This document shows positions 62,527 to 64,000 of a stretch of DNA of 64,000 bases, piece after piece (positions within the stretch are counted from its first letter, which is position 1; each line of letters begins with the position of its first letter). The notes beneath the pieces were generated by a model. The model worked only from the letters and a program-made list of their open reading frames with translations. It was not told the DNA's origin and did no database searches. The translations under genes were made by a program, and so were the position numbers. This DNA comes from Podarcis muralis (Eukaryota). Where the stretch lies: positions 66,712,001 through 66,776,000 of the forward strand of contig NC_135658.1 of the NCBI RefSeq assembly GCF_964188315.1, in the 5' to 3' direction.

Positions 62527-62869
62527 GTAAAGGTAAAGGACCCCTGACCATTGGGTCCAGTCATGACGGACTCTGGGGCTGCAACGCTCATCTCGCTTTA
62601 TTGGCCGAGGGAGCCAGCGTACAGCTTCCAGGTCATGTGGCCAGCAAGACTAAACCGCTTCTGGCGAACCAGAGCAGTGCACGGAAATGCCGTTTACCTT
62701 CCCGCCGGAGCGGTACCTATTTATCTACTTGCACTTTGATATGCTTTCGAACTGCTAGGTTGGCAGGAGCAGGACCGAGCAACGGGAGCTCACCCCGTCA
62801 CGGGGATTCAAACTGCCGACCTTCTGATCGGCAAGTCCTAGGCTCTGTGGTTTAACCACCCACGGCCCT
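62527..62869 (-). mobile_element. Sauria SINE
   Basis: TSD CAAGCCAGGCTTA on both sides; colinear with the other copies. Confidence 0.92.
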
Positions 62870-63077
62870 CAAGCCAGGCTTACAACACTGATAAATATTG
62901 CTCCTGCAGATCCTGCTGCCCAGATCCCATGAACCCAACATTCCTGCTCCAGTACATCACTGGAGCTATGGGTGTTTTTGATAATACCTTTAGCCATTTT
63001 TGCTTCAGATGTCGGTTGCACATCTACTCATCTTAATTTCCCTGGCTTTCCTTTAGTTTTAACAGTGGAATATTAAT

Positions 63078-63240
63078 GGGGAGGGGCTGTCGCTCAGTGG
63101 TAGAGCATCTGCTTTGTGCGCAAGAGGTCCCAGGTTTCACCCCCAGCATCTCTCCCAGAAGCTGGGAGAAATCCTTCTCTGAAATCCTTGCGAGCCATTG
63201 CTGGTGACTGTAGACAATACTGATCTAGGTGGTCTGAGGC
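63078..63240 (+). mobile_element. tRNA-headed SINE fragment (related pieces at ~16110-16220 and ~27850-27940)
   Basis: A-box GCTCAGTGGTAGAGCA with a degenerate B-box; body shared with the other two fragments. Confidence 0.6.
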
Positions 63241-63300
63241 TTTTGAGGTATGAGTGTGTGTTTGTTTGTTTGTTTTTAACAATGGTGTATAAATTTTATA

Positions 63301-63651
63301 GGGATGTGGGTGGCGCTGTGGGTTAAACCACAGTGCCTAGGACTTGCTGATCAGAAGGTCGGTGGTTTGAATCCCCATGACGGGGTGAGTTCCCGTTGCT
63401 CAGCCCTGCTCCTGCCAACCTAGCAGTTCAAAAGCACATCAACTGCAAGTAGATAAATAGGTACCGCTCCGGCGGGAAGGTAAACGGCGTTTCCGTGCGC
63501 TGCTCTGGTTCGCCAGAAGTGGCTTAGTCATGCTGGCCGCATGACCCGGAAGCTGTACGCCGGTTCCCTCGGCCAGTAAAGCGAGATGAGCGCCGCAACC
63601 CCAGAGTCCGTCATGACTGGACCTAATGGTCAGGGGTCCCTTTACCTTTAC
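63301..63651 (+). mobile_element. Sauria SINE
   Basis: Full head and tail; TSD TATAAATTTTAT (63288-63299 and 63653-63664). Confidence 0.93.
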
Positions 63652-64000
63652 TTATAAATTTTATGAAATTGAATGAATGAATGAATGAATGAGCCAATGG
63701 TCTGACTCAGTTAATACAGGATTTTACAGCTCCTCTCATCTTTCCCTTTACATATTTCTTTCCTGGAATGAAAAGTTGAATCTCTTAGCTTTTTTTCCTC
63801 ATGTGAAGTATATGCTTTGCTCATTTGCCTCTAGGATGATCCATGCACAAAAAGTGGTTTTAGCGCATGTCCTATCCTTTTGGATAATTCTTTGCATGCA
63901 GAATAAGGTGCCTGTAAGGGGGAGGAACCCCTTTATCCATCCCTCAGGTGGGGGTGCATGCACCATTGCTGACAGTTCTCTGACAACACGGATCACCCAC

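Noticed and set aside
49276-64000. GRPR exon 1 (N-terminus to TM3)
   Set aside because: No minus-strand ORF with TM1-TM3 motifs such as GNITLIKIF or LALGDLLLL is in the track or visible by eye; it probably lies beyond the window.
1-64000. CRISPR arrays, rRNA genes, prokaryotic operons, endogenous non-retroviral virus genes
   Set aside because: Vertebrate DNA with no regularly spaced repeat-spacer array, rRNA sequence or viral ORF visible.

Overview
Eukaryotic, repeat-rich genomic DNA. It is squamate, probably a lacertid-type lizard, inferred from Sauria SINEs plus BovB, CR1 and L2 content. The only recognisable host gene is the 3' part of GRPR (gastrin-releasing peptide receptor) on the minus strand: exon 2 at 48924-49275 and exon 3 CDS at 46169-46555. 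Exon 1 is not visible, so intron 1 appears to run beyond the window. About 22-36 kb downstream of GRPR lie two complete, coding-intact retrotransposons. The first is a Ty1/copia element (10263-15275) with 311-bp LTRs in which I see no difference, a 5-bp TSD, a 1334-aa gag-pol and a half-tRNAiMet primer site, inserted into a Sauria SINE. The second is a full-length 6.7-kb L1 (17512-24194, 15-bp TSD) inserted into a CR1 relic. The most unusual signal is in the L1. ORF1 has no AUG at its open end, but a strong-Kozak mini-ORF about 1 kb upstream (MELRMRR*) would fuse exactly in frame to ORF1 if a 972-nt GT-AG intron is removed. ORF2 also lacks its AUG (ATAA where an ATGA stop/start overlap would fit). 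The remainder is SINEs, MITEs, decayed LINE and hAT fragments, microsatellites and unassigned non-coding DNA. All alignments were done by eye; no database searches were possible.
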